DNA of 62,256 nucleotides from a virus: UHGV virus genome UHGV-0344594; one strand, 5' to 3'. Shown piece by piece: positions 61,211 to 62,256 of this stretch (position 1 is its first letter; each line of letters starts with the position of its first letter). The notes under the pieces were generated by a model. It saw only the letters and a program-made list of their open reading frames with translations, ran no database searches and was not told where the DNA came from. The position numbers and the translations under genes were made by a program.

Positions 61211-61381
61211 GTGGAAAAATTGCCAGAGCTGCACTGCCAGTGCGGCGCTACGCCAAAAATGAATCTCACCAGCGAAGGCGGTAAGACAAAGTATTACGTC
61301 AGCTGCTCCGCTTGTGGGCGTTCCGGTCCAATCAGTAAGCAGCCAGCGCGCGCCGCTGACCGCTGGAATGTACAGAACTGA
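61211..61381 (+). CDS. Lar-family restriction-alleviation-like zinc-ribbon protein (56 aa, GTG start)
   Basis: Sub-threshold ORF VEKLPELHCQCGATPKMNLTSEGGKTKYYVSCSACGRSGPISKQPARAADRWNVQN. It matches the Lar pattern C-x-x-CG...YYV.C..CG..GP....A...WN. Confidence 0.5.
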   Translation: MEKLPELHCQCGATPKMNLTSEGGKTKYYVSCSACGRSGPISKQPARAADRWNVQN

Positions 61382-61390
61382 GGAAAGGGT

Positions 61391-61609
61391 ATGGCAACTA
61401 AAAAACCTCCATACAGCGCCAGAGTGAAAGTATGGCTACCGGCCTATACAGTGGAGCTTGACGGCGGCGTGCAGGGCTGCGTCATCGATATGTTCTCGTA
61501 TCTGCCGGTGGAGCAACAGAAATCAGCCCTCGCGAAGATGCAGGAGCGCCACCAGAAGGCTCTCGACCGTGAGGCGGAGAAAGCTAGTGATGCTGGAGCG
61601 CTCAAATGA
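61391..61609 (+). CDS. hypothetical protein (72 aa)
   Basis: ORF with RBS GAGGAAAGGGT. Confidence 0.4.
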   Translation: MATKKPPYSARVKVWLPAYTVELDGGVQGCVIDMFSYLPVEQQKSALAKMQERHQKALDREAEKASDAGALK

Positions 61610-61737
61610 ATAATCGTCAGCTCATGATCGATGCATCCCGCTTTCGCGATGCAAAAGAGCGCCGCACTTTCTGGAGTGATCTGGCTATCACCATCGTGTG
61701 CGGCTCGGTGGCCGCCGTCATTTTTACTCTCATTTAA
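61606..61737 (+). CDS. small membrane peptide (43 aa)
   Basis: Sub-threshold ORF MNNRQLMIDASRF..LAITIVCGSVAAVIFTLI with a coupled start. Confidence 0.25.
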   Translation: MNNRQLMIDASRFRDAKERRTFWSDLAITIVCGSVAAVIFTLI

Positions 61738-61747
61738 CGGGAGGGGT

Positions 61748-61993
61748 ATGCTCAAGAAACGACACCTGGGCGCACCTGCCCAGCCGAAATATCACATCGG
61801 CGCAAAGGTGAACTACCGCGACCATCGCGGCAAAGAAGTGCGGGGGACCATCGTATCAGCTACCGCAAACTGGTTCGGCTATCACGATGGGGAAGCATTC
61901 ACGCTGACGTATGCGCTGACGCATCCGACATCGAGCCGCCACGAACACCACGGCGACGACGATATTATCGGTGAAGTCACGGAGGGGTTATGA
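61748..61993 (+). CDS. hypothetical protein (81 aa)
   Basis: ATG after GGGAGGGGT. Confidence 0.4.
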   Translation: MLKKRHLGAPAQPKYHIGAKVNYRDHRGKEVRGTIVSATANWFGYHDGEAFTLTYALTHPTSSRHEHHGDDDIIGEVTEGL

Positions 61994-62211
61994 ACCAGGA
62001 ACCAATGACCAATCAGGAACTGGTGGATGCCGCTATCGAGCTGGCGGGCGAGTTCTATGCGATGCAGGGCTACACGCATCGCCCAGGCTTTAAATACTGG
62101 CAATCTCCGCACCCTCATGAGCGGCTGTGCTTCACGATGGCTTGCCGGGCTTTTGAAATCATCCGTGGTTCTGACGTGATGAGCGCTGTAGACGATCTGG
62201 AGGATGAATGA
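61990..62211 (+). CDS. hypothetical protein (73 aa)
   Basis: Coupled ORF. Confidence 0.35.
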   Translation: MNQEPMTNQELVDAAIELAGEFYAMQGYTHRPGFKYWQSPHPHERLCFTMACRAFEIIRGSDVMSAVDDLEDE

Positions 62212-62256
62212 GCTACTGGAAATTTACCAGCGCTGAATCCCTGACCGCCTGGGATG

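Noticed and set aside
1-62256. Whether the left island (1-8595) and the right prophage are one element.
   Set aside because: The tRNA lies between them with its 3' end toward the island. The prophage's own early-left arm runs rightward off the window. A tandem or satellite-helper arrangement is more parsimonious, though the shared motifs show the two are related.
1-62256. CRISPR arrays, rRNA, a phage-encoded RNA polymerase and a prophage integrase.
   Set aside because: No regularly spaced direct repeats, no rRNA-like sequence, no large single-subunit RNAP ORF and no second integrase were seen in the window. The prophage integrase is presumably beyond 62256.

Overview
This 62-kb, high-GC enterobacterial-type window is almost entirely mobile DNA.

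(1) Positions 1-8595 are the integrase-proximal arm of a P4/PICI-like integrative island. It is all + strand: small unknown genes, an AlpA-family regulator, a DUF2829 (Tad2-like) protein and a DUF4102-type tyrosine integrase. A bidirectional terminator and one minus-strand gene follow, then a tRNA-Arg(TCT) on the minus strand at 8595-8671 whose 3' end faces the integrase.

(2) Positions 8700 to beyond 62256 are a temperate podovirus-like prophage whose morphogenesis and lysis genes are all on the minus strand. In transcription order (high to low coordinate) they are terS, an antisense HTH gene, terL, portal, scaffold, a CsrA-like protein, major capsid, head/tail proteins, three receptor-binding proteins with enzymatic domains (GH5, SASA-like esterase, unknown), and internal/ejection proteins. 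Last of the ejection proteins is a 3892-aa polyvalent protein carrying a lytic transglycosylase, an SNF2-type helicase, an N6A DNA methyltransferase, an ART-like domain and a zincin HExxH domain. The late block ends with a terminator and a lysis cassette (endolysin, two holin-like proteins, Rz with embedded Rz1).

To the right of the structural genes lie a convergent + strand moron cassette and minus-strand replication/nin-like genes (O-like, P-like, ASCH, PAPS-reductase-like, DUF1064, HNH). A divergent cro/cI switch follows, then a + strand early-left arm with anti-defence candidates (a DUF2829/Tad2-like gene and a Lar-like restriction-alleviation gene) that runs off the window. No prophage integrase was seen.

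The most notable non-coding signals are a dispersed GTTGC-N7-GCAAC palindrome family present in both elements, a 21-nt element shared by the capsid and endolysin leaders, a CCAATAACAAC leader motif shared between island and prophage, and iteron-like GTTCAC repeats in the island.

No CRISPR array or rRNA was found. All domain calls come from motif recognition by eye and need HMM or structure confirmation.
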